Of a stretch of 64,000 bases of DNA, positions 40,519 to 51,466 are shown piece by piece (the stretch's first letter is position 1; each line of letters starts with the position of its first letter). The DNA lies in contig OZ219747.1 of NCBI GenBank assembly GCA_964291265.2, forward strand, positions 3,936,001-4,000,000, given 5' to 3'. The position numbers were made by a program, and so were the translations under genes. Source of the DNA: Alphaproteobacteria bacterium. GTDB lineage: Bacteria; Pseudomonadota; Alphaproteobacteria; SP197. The notes under the pieces were generated by a model. That model worked only from the letters and a program-made list of their open reading frames with translations, did no database searches and was not told the origin of the DNA.

Positions 40519-41745
40519 TCAGAGCAGTCCGGCCGGGATGGCGAAGACATCTCGAGTCAGTCTGGTCCAGGTTTCCTTCAGGCAAACCACCGCTCCCGTT
40601 CCGAGGGGCCTGTCCAGTCTCGTCAGGGATGAAAGGTTCCTCGCGGCGGCGAGTCCCGGGGACGCCGCCTTCTTGAATTCAACGGGGTGAATTCGGTTGT
40701 CACGCTCGATCAGCAGGTCCACCTCCCGGTGGTCCCGATCCCGGTAAAAGTGGATGGCGGCCTGCAGTCCGTTATGCCAGTAACTCTTGAGAATCTCGGC
40801 GAACATCCAGGACTCCAGGATTGCGCCGGACATCGCACCGGCTTCCAGCGTCTGTGGCGAGGACCATCCGGTCAGATAGGCACACAGACCGGTATCCAGG
40901 AAGTAGAGTTTCGGGGACTTTGTCAGCCGTTTGGTGAGATTGCTGTGCCAGGGGCGCAGCAGGTACACAAGACCCGCCGTCTCCAGTATCGAGAGCCACG
41001 CCTTTGCAGTCTTCTGATCGATATCAACGTCCCTGGCCATGTCGGCGAAGTTGACCATCTGGCCCGTGCGGGCGGCCGCGGCGCGCAGCATCCGGTAGAA
41101 GGCCAGTTCGTCGCCGACGCGGGAAAGCGCACGCACATCCCGTTGGATGTAGGTCTGGATGTACGAACTATAGAAGATGTCCCGCAGGTCTTCGTTGCCG
41201 AGAACCAGGCGGGGAAAGGACCCGAGCCAGATGCGGTGATAGATGTCCATCAGTCTCGTGGGCCGCTCCTTGCCGGCCTTGTCGTCGGTCAGCCATTCCT
41301 CGGTCGGCACAAACGCCCGAGAGCAAAGGGCCCGCCCGTCCAGTTCCGCCTGGGACAAGCCCAACAGATCGATGATGGCCACGCGCCCGGCAAGCGTTTC
41401 GGTGATGCCGTGCATCAACTGGAACTTCTGCGATCCGGTCAGCCAGTACATGCCGGGACGTCTGGCCGTGTCCACGGCAAGCTTCAGATGGCTGAACAGC
41501 TGGGGGGCGTGCTGCACTTCATCGATGGTGGCCGGCGCGGGGTGCATCTGCAGGAACAGGGCTGGATCAGTGCGGGCGATTTCACGTTGTTCCAGGTCAT
41601 CAAGCGTCACATAGCGGCGGTTGCAGTCACCGCAGTGTTCGAGAAGCGTGGTCTTTCCCACCTGCCGGGGACCGGTGAGCAAGAGCACCGGAAAGGCATC
41701 GGAAATGCGGGGAATGGTTCGAGACAGGGTGCGTTGAAGGTACAT
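40519..41745 (-). CDS. AAA_14 ATPase with DUF4143 domain
   Basis: GPRQVGKTT, IDEVQ, LTGSQ, KLYFLDTGL, EVDLLIE..PVEFK. Confidence 0.9.
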   Translation of the reverse strand: MYLQRTLSRTIPRISDAFPVLLLTGPRQVGKTTLLEHCGDCNRRYVTLDDLEQREIARTDPALFLQMHPAPATIDEVQHAPQLFSHLKLAVDTARRPGMYWLTGSQKFQLMHGITETLAGRVAIIDLLGLSQAELDGRALCSRAFVPTEEWLTDDKAGKERPTRLMDIYHRIWLGSFPRLVLGNEDLRDIFYSSYIQTYIQRDVRALSRVGDELAFYRMLRAAAARTGQMVNFADMARDVDIDQKTAKAWLSILETAGLVYLLRPWHSNLTKRLTKSPKLYFLDTGLCAYLTGWSSPQTLEAGAMSGAILESWMFAEILKSYWHNGLQAAIHFYRDRDHREVDLLIERDNRIHPVEFKKAASPGLAAARNLSSLTRLDRPLGTGAVVCLKETWTRLTRDVFAIPAGLL

Positions 41746-41994
41746 GATCTCGGCAATTCTGGCATTTCACTCCATATTAGCCGAACTTCGGAATCCATTC
41801 GAGTGAAACCGTACCCGAGTCGAGCACCGCTTCCGGTGCACGCGGAACGGGCTTACACCCGAAATCGTCCGGGTCCTTCACCACGATGTGCGGTTCTGCT
41901 GGTCCTCATCCCACGGAGTTCGAACAATCCATGGTGAGCATCGGGAAGTGCTGGCTGCATGATCCTGGAACAGTTCGATCATCGAGTTGACGAA

Positions 41995-42420
41995 TCAAGG
42001 CATGGAGGTCGTCTTGATGAATCCCGGTGAGGGGATCACTGCGGGTTCACGGTCAGGTCGAGGGGCGAGGCGGCTGATGAACTCATCCACGACTATCTCA
42101 ATGCCGCCATGGCAACGCGTGTCGGTCAGCACCACATCGAGGAACATGGTCATGGTCACTTCACCGAGCACTCCCATGATCTCGCCCCCCGGGATGTGCT
42201 CGAAGCCGTGGATATCGTCGATCCCGTAACGCTCATGGCCCAGGGCCATTCCTGCGACGAGATCATCGCCGATATCCAGGAAAGGACGATCGTCACGTTC
42301 GACGGGATCAAGGCCGGCTTCCGAGGATAACGAGTGGAGATGCCGGCGTCTCCACTCATCCAGTCGGACATCCGTGTCCTGGTGGCTGACCGACTCCGCA
42401 ATCACGACCTCGCAGTGCAC
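41995..42420 (-). CDS. Hypothetical protein; strand ambiguous
   Basis: 141-aa ORF overlapping the amidohydrolase stop; the opposite strand is also largely open. Confidence 0.3.
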   Translation of the reverse strand: MHCEVVIAESVSHQDTDVRLDEWRRRHLHSLSSEAGLDPVERDDRPFLDIGDDLVAGMALGHERYGIDDIHGFEHIPGGEIMGVLGEVTMTMFLDVVLTDTRCHGGIEIVVDEFISRLAPRPDREPAVIPSPGFIKTTSMP

Positions 42421-43631
42421 GACATCTGTGGCGCCGGCTGTCGGGCGGCGTGGCGCATGACCTCGTCGCGAGTCTCCTGGAGAAGGTCGAGATCGAAACC
42501 GAAGAGTTCCGCGGCATTGGCACAGAGAACCCGGTGTGCCGACTCGGCATCGAGTTCCTCACGAATCCGATCGATGATGGGCCGGCTTTCCGGCCAGGAT
42601 CCCTCGTCGTGGGGATAGTCATTGCCCCACATCAGGACGTTGCTGCCCGTGAACGTCACGTTGTTGAGAGCCACGGGATCGTCGGTGATGGTGATGGCGC
42701 CCTGGCGCAGGAAGTACTCGCTGGGGCGCAGGTCCAGTTTCTTCATGCCGAGGTGACGCTGTCGCTGCATCTGGTCCATGGCGTGGAGGACCCATGCCAG
42801 CCAACCGCACTCCGCCTCCGTGACGACGATCCTGAGGCCCGGATGATTCTCGAGGATGCCGGCACCCGTCAGCTCGACGATTGGCGCCATGCCCGCCGCC
42901 ATGCCCAGCACCGTGGAACTGAGCATCTCCGGCCAGTCGCGCTGTCGTTCGACGACGCCGGAGTAGGCAGCGAAACGGTCCGTGTCCATGGCGCCGAGAT
43001 CGGCGAAGTCCGCATGCAGGCCAAGGTTGCCGCTGAAGACGTGGAAGTTGAGGGGAATTCCCGCTTCCTCGGCCAGTGACCACAGGGGCTCGTAGTCGGG
43101 CATGCGATAGGGCCGCCAGGGAACGTTGGCCGGCAGGAAGAGCGTGCAGAACTCGAGTCTGATGGCGCGTTCGGCTTCCTTCATCATTTCGTCGATATCG
43201 TCGATTGCAATCATGGCGACGGGCTTGAGGCGGTGCCGCCAGGGACCGAAGGTGTCGCGCACGAAATCGTTCCACGCCCTGGCCCAGGCGTGGTGGAATG
43301 CGGTGGGCCCCCTGCCACCGGAGAAGGAAAGGCCGATGTTGGGAAAGAGCACGGCGGCATCGACACCCTCCAGCGCCATGTCCGACAGGCGTCTGTCAAT
43401 GTCCGTGCCTTGCGAAGGATCGGTGCGAAACTCCTTCATGAGGTCGATCTCGCCGAGTGACGCGGCGGTGGAGTTCCTCAGGTCCTCGCCGGCCAGCGTC
43501 ACCTTGAAATCGCCGTTCACATCGCCTTCGAGGCGCGGCAACAGATCATGATAGCGTTGCGGAAGCCGCTCCCGCATGGCGTCGGGTTCACCCACGTGGG
43601 CATCGGCTGAAATGACCACATCATGGAGCAT
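42402..43631 (-). CDS. Amidohydrolase_2 family metallo-hydrolase
   Basis: ISADAH, PLNFH, EAECGW, WGNDYPH. Confidence 0.88.
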   Translation of the reverse strand: MLHDVVISADAHVGEPDAMRERLPQRYHDLLPRLEGDVNGDFKVTLAGEDLRNSTAASLGEIDLMKEFRTDPSQGTDIDRRLSDMALEGVDAAVLFPNIGLSFSGGRGPTAFHHAWARAWNDFVRDTFGPWRHRLKPVAMIAIDDIDEMMKEAERAIRLEFCTLFLPANVPWRPYRMPDYEPLWSLAEEAGIPLNFHVFSGNLGLHADFADLGAMDTDRFAAYSGVVERQRDWPEMLSSTVLGMAAGMAPIVELTGAGILENHPGLRIVVTEAECGWLAWVLHAMDQMQRQRHLGMKKLDLRPSEYFLRQGAITITDDPVALNNVTFTGSNVLMWGNDYPHDEGSWPESRPIIDRIREELDAESAHRVLCANAAELFGFDLDLLQETRDEVMRHAARQPAPQMSCTARS

Positions 43632-43754
43632 GAGACGATTGACCTTCCATGTGTCATCGCCATTCTCGCATCAGATCGGCACCGGACAAAACACTGTCGG
43701 TCCGTCCACGAGACACTATAGTGGCGGCCGGTGAGCCCGATGACCGGAGGAGAC

Positions 43755-44537
43755 ATGTCGAAGAGTGGACTGCTGGCCGAAAGACGGGCTCTCGTGACCG
43801 GTGCGGCAAGGGGAATCGGTCTTGCCATCGCCAGGGCCTTCCATGACGAGGGGGCAAGGGTGGCGTTGAGCGATATCGATGGAGGAGCAGCCGTCACCAT
43901 GGCCGCGGACCTCGGATCACGGGCTCGCGGCTATGCCCTCGACGTCACCGATGCCGGTGCCACCGAGCGGGTCTTCAACGAAGCGACGCGGTGGCTGGGC
44001 GGCCTCGATCTCGTTGCCGCCAATGCCGGCATCTCCACCATGCGTGCCGTCAGGGACCTGACGGAAGAGGATTGGGACGCCAACATGGACGTCAACGCCA
44101 AGGGTGTTTTCCTCACCAACCGGCAGGCAGTTCGACATTTTCTCGCAACGGACACCACCGGAGTCATCGTCAATACCGCCTCGCTCGCCGCCAAGACCGG
44201 CGCGCCTTACCTTGCCCATTACGCCGCCAGCAAGTTTGCCGTCGTCGGTTTCACGCAGTCATTGGCGAGGGAGGTCGCTTCCCACGGCATCCGTGTCAAT
44301 GCCGTGTGCCCCGGTTACGTCAGGACGTCGATGCAGGAGCGGGAAATCGAATGGGAAGGCAGGTTGCGCGGCATGGCGTCCGAGGCCGTGCGCGACGAGT
44401 ACGTTGCCGCGACGCCGCTGGGCCGTCTCGAGGAGCCTGACGATGTCGCCTCGATCGCCGTCTTCCTGGCGAGTGACCTTTCCCGGTTCCTGACCGGGGA
44501 ATCGATCAACGCCAGCGGTGGCGTACTGATGGACTGA
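43755..44537 (+). CDS. SDR-family oxidoreductase
   Basis: TGAARGIG, NAG, YAASK, CPGYV; GGAGG RBS. Confidence 0.92.
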   Translation: MSKSGLLAERRALVTGAARGIGLAIARAFHDEGARVALSDIDGGAAVTMAADLGSRARGYALDVTDAGATERVFNEATRWLGGLDLVAANAGISTMRAVRDLTEEDWDANMDVNAKGVFLTNRQAVRHFLATDTTGVIVNTASLAAKTGAPYLAHYAASKFAVVGFTQSLAREVASHGIRVNAVCPGYVRTSMQEREIEWEGRLRGMASEAVRDEYVAATPLGRLEEPDDVASIAVFLASDLSRFLTGESINASGGVLMD

Positions 44538-44558
44538 ACCTCTCCGGGAGAGAAGGGT

Positions 44559-45368
44559 ATGGAATGGCTTGCGAAGCACCTGGGAACCAAGAAGCCGGTG
44601 ATCGCCATGGCGCATCTTCCGGCGTTGCCGGGATCACCGCTGCATGACGCCGCGGGAGGCATGGCCGCCATCATCGATCACGTGTCGCGGGACATCGACG
44701 CTCTTCAGGCGGGTGGTGTCGACTGCATCATGTTCGGCAACGAAGGAGACAGACCATACCTGCTCGAAGCCTCGCCGGAATCCCTTGCCGCCATGACTGC
44801 CGCCGTGGAGTCCGTCAAGGACTGCATCACCGTCCCCTTCGGTGTTGACTATCTGTGGGATCCGGTGGCAACCGTGGCCATTGCCGTGGCCACGGATGCC
44901 GCTTTCGCCAGGGAGATCTTTACCGGCGTCTACGATTCCGACATGGGTCTGTGGCAGCCGGATGCCGCTCGGGCACTCAGAATGCGTCACGATCTGGGGC
45001 GCGATGACCTGAAACTCCTCTTCAACATCAACGCGGAATTCGCATCGCCGGTGGGCGCCAGATCGATCGAGTTACGGGCCGAGAGCGCTGTCTTCTCATC
45101 GCTGGCCGACGCTGTCCTGGTCTCGGGCCCCATGACCGGACAACCTGTCAATGCATCCGAACTCGCGCGGGTCAAGGACGCTGTAGGCGAGACGCCGGTC
45201 CTTGCCAACACAGGCTGCACGGTAGCGAACATTGCCGACATCCTGTCCGTGGCCGACGGCTGTATCGTCGGCACGCACTTCAAGGTCGCAGGCGACACCT
45301 GGAACCCTGTCGATCCCGATCGGGTTGCCCAATTCATGGAGGTGGTTGTCAGGAACCGTTCCAGATGA
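44559..45368 (+). CDS. BtpA/SgcQ-family TIM-barrel protein
   Basis: AMAHLPALPGSP, FGNEGDRPY, VSGPMTG, ANTG, IVGTHFK. Confidence 0.9.
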   Translation: MEWLAKHLGTKKPVIAMAHLPALPGSPLHDAAGGMAAIIDHVSRDIDALQAGGVDCIMFGNEGDRPYLLEASPESLAAMTAAVESVKDCITVPFGVDYLWDPVATVAIAVATDAAFAREIFTGVYDSDMGLWQPDAARALRMRHDLGRDDLKLLFNINAEFASPVGARSIELRAESAVFSSLADAVLVSGPMTGQPVNASELARVKDAVGETPVLANTGCTVANIADILSVADGCIVGTHFKVAGDTWNPVDPDRVAQFMEVVVRNRSR

Positions 45369-46457
45369 GCTTGCTGCTCGGCCTCGACATCGGCACCACG
45401 TCAACCATCGGCATTCTTGTGGACTGCGGAGGCGGTGTCCTTGCGATCGCCTCAAGACCCAGTGAACTTCTGTCGCGTCACCCCAACTGGGCCGAGGAGG
45501 ACCCCGACCTGTGGTGGGCCAATGTCTGTGCCATCGTGCCCGAACTGATCAGCACGGGCGGCATAGGCGCGGGTGACATTGCCGGTGTCGGAGTGACGGG
45601 CATGGTTCCCACCCTCATCCTTGTCGATGACGATGATCAGGCAATACGTCATTCGATCCAGCAGAACGATGCGCGGGCGATCGAGGAGATCGGGACAATG
45701 GCACGGGACGTGGATGCCGACGCGTTCCTTGCCCTGACCGGTGGCAGCATCAACCAGCAGATCATTGCACCCAAGCTGCGCTGGCTGGAACGTCATGAAC
45801 CCGGCAACCGGAAGCGTACGCACACTATCACGGGTTCCTACAGCTATATCGCCGCCAGACTGTGCGGAAACCTCACCATTGAGCGGAACTGGGCCCTGGA
45901 AGCGGGATTCATGGACCTTGCTTCCGGAGCCCTTGATGACGGTCTGCTCGCCCACGCCGGCCTCGCACCGGGCAGTCTCCCGCCACTCCACGCCTCCCAC
46001 GACATTGTCGGTGAGGTGACATCCCATGCCGCATCGCAGACGGGACTCGCCGCCGGCACCCCCGTCGTGGCCGGGTGTGCCGATCACATCGCCTCCGCCT
46101 TCGCGGCAGGCGCATCACGGGACGGCGACCTGGTCGTCAAGTACGGCGGAGCAGGAGACATCCTGCTGTCGTGCACCACCCCGGTGACCGACCCCCGCAT
46201 GTTCATCGACTACCACATCGTCCCCGGCCTCCACTTCTCGAATGGTTGCATGGCCGCCAGTGGCAGCGTGCTGAACTGGATTGCCACCCACCTGGCGAAG
46301 GCCGAGGCAGACCAGGCAGCGCAGGAGGGGCGCCCCGTCCACGCCTCCCTTGACGCCAAGGCGGCGGACCTGCCCCCGGGGGCGGGCGGCGTTCTCCTGC
46401 TTCCCTATTTCCTGGGAGAGAAGACACCTCTCAACGATCCTCACGCGCGGGGTACCC

Positions 46458-48886
46458 CTGCCCTTTAGTCATAAATCGTGCTGGACAAGATGATTCGGAT
46501 GGTGCACCCTGCCCTGCATGGAAGCACACATTCCGATCAAACGTGTCCTTGAGGACCAGCTCGATCGCCTGCAGTCGATCGTCACCGAGAGCGGCGATAG
46601 TAGTCAAAACCGCCTGGCGCTGGAAGTGTGCCGGCACTTCGGCCTGCGGGACGCACGGGGACGCGAGCGGGTATCGAGCTGTGTCGTGGCCCTGAAGCAG
46701 CTGGCATCGCAGGGCAGGATCGAGGGCTTGCCGGAGCCCTCCGGTCAGCGGCGTCGGGCAACGCCCCGCCGGCTCGGCGAGGCGGTGGAGAAGCCGCGTG
46801 ATGTGCCGGCGAGCGTGGCGGCGATCCAGGGTCTGCGGATCCTGCTGGTGCGCACGGATGCCGAACGGGCGCTCTGGAACGAACTGATGGCGCGGGAGCA
46901 CTTTCTCGGCGCTCCCATTCTGGCCGGTCATCAGCTGCGCTATCTGGTGGATTCCGCTCACGGCTGTCTCGGCGGTTTCGGCTTTGCCGCAGCGGCGCTG
47001 AAGGTGGCGGATCGGGATGCCTGGATCGGCTGGGATGCCGACCGGCGTCGTGCGGAGCGACACCGGGTGCTGTCGATGAGCCGGTTTCTGATCCGGGTGC
47101 CGGTTGCGAACCTTGCGTCGAAGACGCTGTCGATGTGCCTGTCTCGCCTGGGCGCCGATGTTGCGCAGCGCTACGGGTTCCTGCCATGGCTGGTCGAGAC
47201 CTATGTCGACCCGACGCGCGACGGTGCGAGCCTGCGGGCGGCGAACTGGCAGCTCGTGGGGTTCACCCGGGGCCGAGGCCGTCAGGACCGCGCGCGCGAG
47301 ATGGCCGAGAGCGTCAAGGCCGTGTACATGTACGTTCTGGACCGGGACTGGCGGCACAAGCTGGGGGTGGCGGAGCCGATGCCGGCCCTGTCCCCGGGGG
47401 AGGGTCTGGACGCCTCGGCGTGGGCGCACCACGAGTTCGGGGGAGCGCCGATCGGCGACCGGCGTCTGAGTGCGCGCCTGGTGGAGATTGCACGAAGACA
47501 GGGAGAGAGTCCGATGTCGTCCTACAGCGGTCTGGCGCGCCCGGATCCTGCCGGTGTCCGGGCCTATTATCGGTTCCTGGATCAGCCGGAGACGTCGGCG
47601 GTGACCCCGGCGAACATCCTGGCGCCGCACCGTCAACGAACGGTGCAGCGGATGTGCGGCCAGCGGGTGGCGTTGTGCATTCAGGACGGGACGGACCTGA
47701 ACTTCGCGACCCGTCCGGGCTGCGACGGTCTGGGCATCATCGGCACGAACCAGACGGCCTCGCAGACCCTGGGCCTGCACCTGCACGCCAGCTACGTTGT
47801 CAGCGGCGAAGGCCTGCCGCTGGGGGTGGCGCGTCTTGCCTTCGACGCTCCTCCCCGCCCCCGGGCAAAGACCGGTTCGGGCGAGGATGTCGAGATGTCC
47901 CGGCGCAAGTCGCAGCGCTGGCTCGACGGTCTCGACGACATCGCGGACCTCGCGGCCCGGACGACCGGGGTGAAGGTCGTGTGCGTGATGGACCGGGAAG
48001 CGGACTTCTTCGAACTGTTCGACCGGTGCCGGCAGCATCGCCGTCTGTCGATGCTGGTGCGGGCTCGACATGACCGGGTTCTCAAGCGCGGGGCTGCGAA
48101 GCTGTTCACCCGACTACGTACGTCTGCCTGCCGCGGCACCATGCAGATCGACATACCCCGCCTGACGGCCCGGCCGAAGTCCTCGGGGCGCAAGAAGCAG
48201 CCCGGCCGCACTGCCCGGCGGAACGCGGTGCTGGAGTTGCGCTGGTTGTCGACCACGCTGCCGGCGACCGCTGGCTGCCCCGATGCCGCGCCCGTGGCCG
48301 TGACCGCGCTGCATCTCCTCGAGACGGCCCCGCCGGCCGGGGAAGCTCCGGTGGAATGGTTCCTGTTGACCGACCTTCCTGTGGACCACGCCGAAGCGGC
48401 CCAGGAGATCGTCGGCTGGTACGCGCTGCGCTGGCGGATCGAATGCTGGTTCCGGGTGCTGAAGTCCGGCTGCCGGGTGGAGCACCTGGCGACGCGCAAG
48501 GCCTGCCGCCTGGAACGGCAGATCACCATCCACGCCGTGATCGCCTGGCGTCTTGCCCTGATGACCCTGCTCGGGCGGGATGTGCCGACGATGAAGCCCG
48601 ACTGCCTGTTCTCGGACCTGGAACTCCGCTTCCTCGGCGACTATGCCCGGCGATACCGGCTGGACCCGCCCGACACGCTGGGGGCGGCGGTGAAGCTGGT
48701 GGCGATCCTCGGCGGGTATCTGGACCGCAAGCATGATCCGGCGCCGGGCAACCAGACGATGTGGCATGGCTATCCGCGACTGGCCACCGCTGCCCTGGCC
48801 TATGAATGCCTGCTCGAGGCCCTCGATCTGGATCCGACGTCGGAAGGACACGATCACGTCCTGCACGATTTGTGACTAATAGGTAG
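46458..48886 (+). mobile_element. IS4-family (IS50/Tn5-like) element
   Basis: IRs CTGCCCTTTAGTCATAAATCGTG / CACGATTTGTGACTAATAGGTAG; palindromic target duplication GGGTACCC (4-8 bp depending on end placement). Confidence 0.9.
46518..48875 (+). CDS. Transposase: N-terminal DUF4338 fused to a Tn5-like DDE domain
   Basis: SRFLIR..NLAS..LVETYVD..AANW (DUF4338); IQDGT, MDREAD, YALRWRIECWFRVLKSG (YREK motif). Confidence 0.9.
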   Translation: MEAHIPIKRVLEDQLDRLQSIVTESGDSSQNRLALEVCRHFGLRDARGRERVSSCVVALKQLASQGRIEGLPEPSGQRRRATPRRLGEAVEKPRDVPASVAAIQGLRILLVRTDAERALWNELMAREHFLGAPILAGHQLRYLVDSAHGCLGGFGFAAAALKVADRDAWIGWDADRRRAERHRVLSMSRFLIRVPVANLASKTLSMCLSRLGADVAQRYGFLPWLVETYVDPTRDGASLRAANWQLVGFTRGRGRQDRAREMAESVKAVYMYVLDRDWRHKLGVAEPMPALSPGEGLDASAWAHHEFGGAPIGDRRLSARLVEIARRQGESPMSSYSGLARPDPAGVRAYYRFLDQPETSAVTPANILAPHRQRTVQRMCGQRVALCIQDGTDLNFATRPGCDGLGIIGTNQTASQTLGLHLHASYVVSGEGLPLGVARLAFDAPPRPRAKTGSGEDVEMSRRKSQRWLDGLDDIADLAARTTGVKVVCVMDREADFFELFDRCRQHRRLSMLVRARHDRVLKRGAAKLFTRLRTSACRGTMQIDIPRLTARPKSSGRKKQPGRTARRNAVLELRWLSTTLPATAGCPDAAPVAVTALHLLETAPPAGEAPVEWFLLTDLPVDHAEAAQEIVGWYALRWRIECWFRVLKSGCRVEHLATRKACRLERQITIHAVIAWRLALMTLLGRDVPTMKPDCLFSDLELRFLGDYARRYRLDPPDTLGAAVKLVAILGGYLDRKHDPAPGNQTMWHGYPRLATAALAYECLLEALDLDPTSEGHDHVLHDL

Positions 48887-49340
48887 GGGTACCCTGACCG
48901 GCCTCGGCCTGCACCACGGCCTCGCTCATGTCTGGCGAGCGGCCCTTGAATCGGTGGCCTTCGGCTTCCGACACCATGTCGAGGTGTTCGACGACATGGG
49001 CCTGGAGATCACCCGGGTTGTCGCCTGCGATGGTGGTGCGGCAAGCGATCTGTGGGTTCAGATCACGGCCGATGTTCTCGAACGGCCCATCGAGAGGCTG
49101 CGTGATCACCCGGGATCATGTCTCGGCGCCGCCTTCGTCGCCGGCATGGGCGTCGGTGTCATCACCGACTGGACTGACATCAAGGCCTATGTCGGAACGG
49201 GCCGTGTCTTCGATCCGGATGGTGCCACGTCATCCGTCTACCGCGAGGCCTATGGTCTGTGCAGGGAACTCTATGAACGCCTGAAGTCCTTCTACCCCCG
49301 GATCGGCAGGCTTCCGTCGGGCTGACGCCTTGGCACTCGT

Positions 49341-50282
49341 TCAGTCGGCGCCGAGGGCGGCAATCGGAGAACCCGAGAGCAGCCTGGAGACGGTGCCGTC
49401 GATACCGCGTCGCGGCTCGCCCATCAGAGTGACACGGTACAGTCGCCGGTCGAAATCGAGATCGAAGATATCCGGTGTCGCGAAATGCAGACAGGACCGG
49501 TTGTCCCAGAAGGCCACGCTGCCCGGTTCCCACCTGAAACGCACCATGAACTCGGGTCTGAGGGCGTGTTCGTAGAGCAACTCGAGGAGTCGTTCGCTCT
49601 CGAAGGGCGACAGTCCGACCACATTCCGGACGAACTCCGGATTGACATAGAGGACGCGTCTGCCGGACTCTGGATGGATCACCACCATGGGGTGTTCGGC
49701 CATCAGTGCTGCACCTTCCACCCGCTGATCGTATTCGCGGCTGCGCTCGGCGCCCGAGTGCGGCTCGAACCGGTGGATGCAGCTCAAGTGGTCGACGAAC
49801 CCGCGGAGAACGGGGGACAGGGTCTCGTAGGCCCGGGTCATGTCGAGCCACAGGGTATCGCCACCGTGGGGAGGGATGATGTCGCCTCTCAGAATCGTGG
49901 CGAACGGCGGATTGACCGCCGGCGTGACGTCGGCATGCCAGCCCTTCCAGGCGCGGCGCGGCTTCTCGCCTCCCCTATTGATGGCCACGCGAAATTTTGT
50001 GACGGGATAGATTTCCGGGGGCAGGCCATCCTTCGTGCCAAACACCACGTGGGCTGGCGTCAGTTCGCCGAACTGCCTGGCAAAGCGGCTGTGTTGTGCA
50101 TGGTCCAGTGACTGGTTCCTGAAGAAGATCACCTTCCACTCAACAAGCGCCTTGCGTATCACCGTCACCGCGTCGTCGGCCAACGGCCGGGCGAGGTCGA
50201 CGCCGGCGATCTCCGCGCCAATGTGCGCCGTCATGGGACGAACGTCAGGCAGGATGGGCGGAGAGTGCCTGGGATGTGTCAC
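49341..50282 (-). CDS. TauD/AtsK-like Fe(II)/2-oxoglutarate dioxygenase
   Basis: WHADVT, GGDTLW, HPESGRRVLYVN, WDNRSCLH; GTGA coupling to the ABC ATPase. Confidence 0.9.
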   Translation of the reverse strand: MTHPRHSPPILPDVRPMTAHIGAEIAGVDLARPLADDAVTVIRKALVEWKVIFFRNQSLDHAQHSRFARQFGELTPAHVVFGTKDGLPPEIYPVTKFRVAINRGGEKPRRAWKGWHADVTPAVNPPFATILRGDIIPPHGGDTLWLDMTRAYETLSPVLRGFVDHLSCIHRFEPHSGAERSREYDQRVEGAALMAEHPMVVIHPESGRRVLYVNPEFVRNVVGLSPFESERLLELLYEHALRPEFMVRFRWEPGSVAFWDNRSCLHFATPDIFDLDFDRRLYRVTLMGEPRRGIDGTVSRLLSGSPIAALGAD

Positions 50283-51454
50283 GAGATTGCCCCCGGTGCG
50301 CCTTCCTTCAGACAGCTGCCGAGCTCCGGGCGAACCGGACCGCTGGCGCCGCCGTGGAGAATGGCAAGACCACTGCCGGCCTCGAACAAGTGAAGCTGCT
50401 CAAGATCGACGTAGAGAGGTATCCTGGCGCCGGCAACTGCCTGGAAGGTCGATCCCTGCCTCACCGAGATCTCCTGTCCACCGCCAAGGTCGGCAATGAG
50501 GATGACTTCCGGACCCAGGATCTCGACAGCAACCACGGTGCTATCGACCCTGTGATGGGCGCCCTCCGCGAGCTCCTCCGTGTGAACGTTCTCGGGACGG
50601 ATGCCGACAACCACCTCGGAACCGGCATGCCGTCTCAGAGGCGCCTGGCGGTGGCGCGGTATGGGCAGGCTGACTGCCGACAGGTCGACCTCGTTGACAC
50701 CGTGATGACCGGACAGCCTCCCCTTGAGAAGATTCATCGGCGGGCTGGCAAGGAATCCAGCGACAAACGAGTCCGCCGGATGGCGATAGACTTCGAGCGG
50801 CGGGCCGACCTGGATGACACGGCCTTCCCGCATGATGCAGATACGCTCTCCCATGGTCATGGCCTCGACCTGGTCATGGGTGACGTGCACGACGGTCTTG
50901 CCGAGCATGCGGTGAATCTTGATGAGTTCCGTGCGCATGGCGGCGCGCAGCTTGGCGTCGAGGTTGGACAGGGGCTCGTCGAGCAGGAACGCCTCGGGAT
51001 CACGGACCAGCGCTCTGCCCAGGGCTACCCGCTGTTGCTGGCCGCCACTGAGTTCACTGGGACGACGGTCCAGCAGGTTGTCGATGCCGAGCATGGCCGT
51101 GGTGTCGCGGATGCGCCTGTCGATGATCTCCTGCGGCGTCTTGCGAAGTTTCAGGCCGAAGGCAAGATTCCGTTCCACCGTCATGTGCGGATAGAGTGCG
51201 TAGTTCTGGAACACCACGGCAAGGTCGCGGTCTGCCGGATCGATGTCGTTGACGGTCTCGTCGTTGATCTTGAGGTTGCCCGACGTCACTTCCTCGAGGC
51301 CGGCAATCATCCTCAGCGTGGTTGACTTGCCGCAGCCGGAAGGACCCAGCAGGACCATGAACTCTCCTTCGCGGATCTCGAGGTCGATGTTGTCGACCGC
51401 GAGAATGTCCTGGCCGTAGACCTTGGTCACACCTTCAAGAACGATGCTCGCCAC
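50279..51454 (-). CDS. Sugar ABC transporter ATP-binding subunit (MalK/UgpC-like)
   Basis: GPSGCGKST, VFQNYALYPHM, LSGGQQQR, DEPLSNLD. Confidence 0.95.
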   Translation of the reverse strand: MASIVLEGVTKVYGQDILAVDNIDLEIREGEFMVLLGPSGCGKSTTLRMIAGLEEVTSGNLKINDETVNDIDPADRDLAVVFQNYALYPHMTVERNLAFGLKLRKTPQEIIDRRIRDTTAMLGIDNLLDRRPSELSGGQQQRVALGRALVRDPEAFLLDEPLSNLDAKLRAAMRTELIKIHRMLGKTVVHVTHDQVEAMTMGERICIMREGRVIQVGPPLEVYRHPADSFVAGFLASPPMNLLKGRLSGHHGVNEVDLSAVSLPIPRHRQAPLRRHAGSEVVVGIRPENVHTEELAEGAHHRVDSTVVAVEILGPEVILIADLGGGQEISVRQGSTFQAVAGARIPLYVDLEQLHLFEAGSGLAILHGGASGPVRPELGSCLKEGAPGAIS

Positions 51455-51466
51455 GCGCGGATCCTC

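Larger units (their letters stand above)
45365..49325 (+). pseudogene. FGGY carbohydrate kinase interrupted by an IS4 element (45365-46457 plus ~48895-49325)
   Basis: GLDIGTT, QNDAR, GCADH, PYFLGEKTP..ARG|TLTGL rejoins in frame; DGGAASDLWVQI. Confidence 0.9.

Noticed and set aside
41959-42330. Plus-strand His-rich ORF with in-frame TGA (possible selenoprotein)
   Set aside because: No recognisable family or SECIS hairpin, and it is the codon-aligned shadow of a minus-strand ORF
46518-47400. Druantia defence system suggested by the DUF4338 (DruA-like) domain
   Set aside because: The domain is fused to a transposase inside IS ends, and no DruE helicase or other dru genes are present
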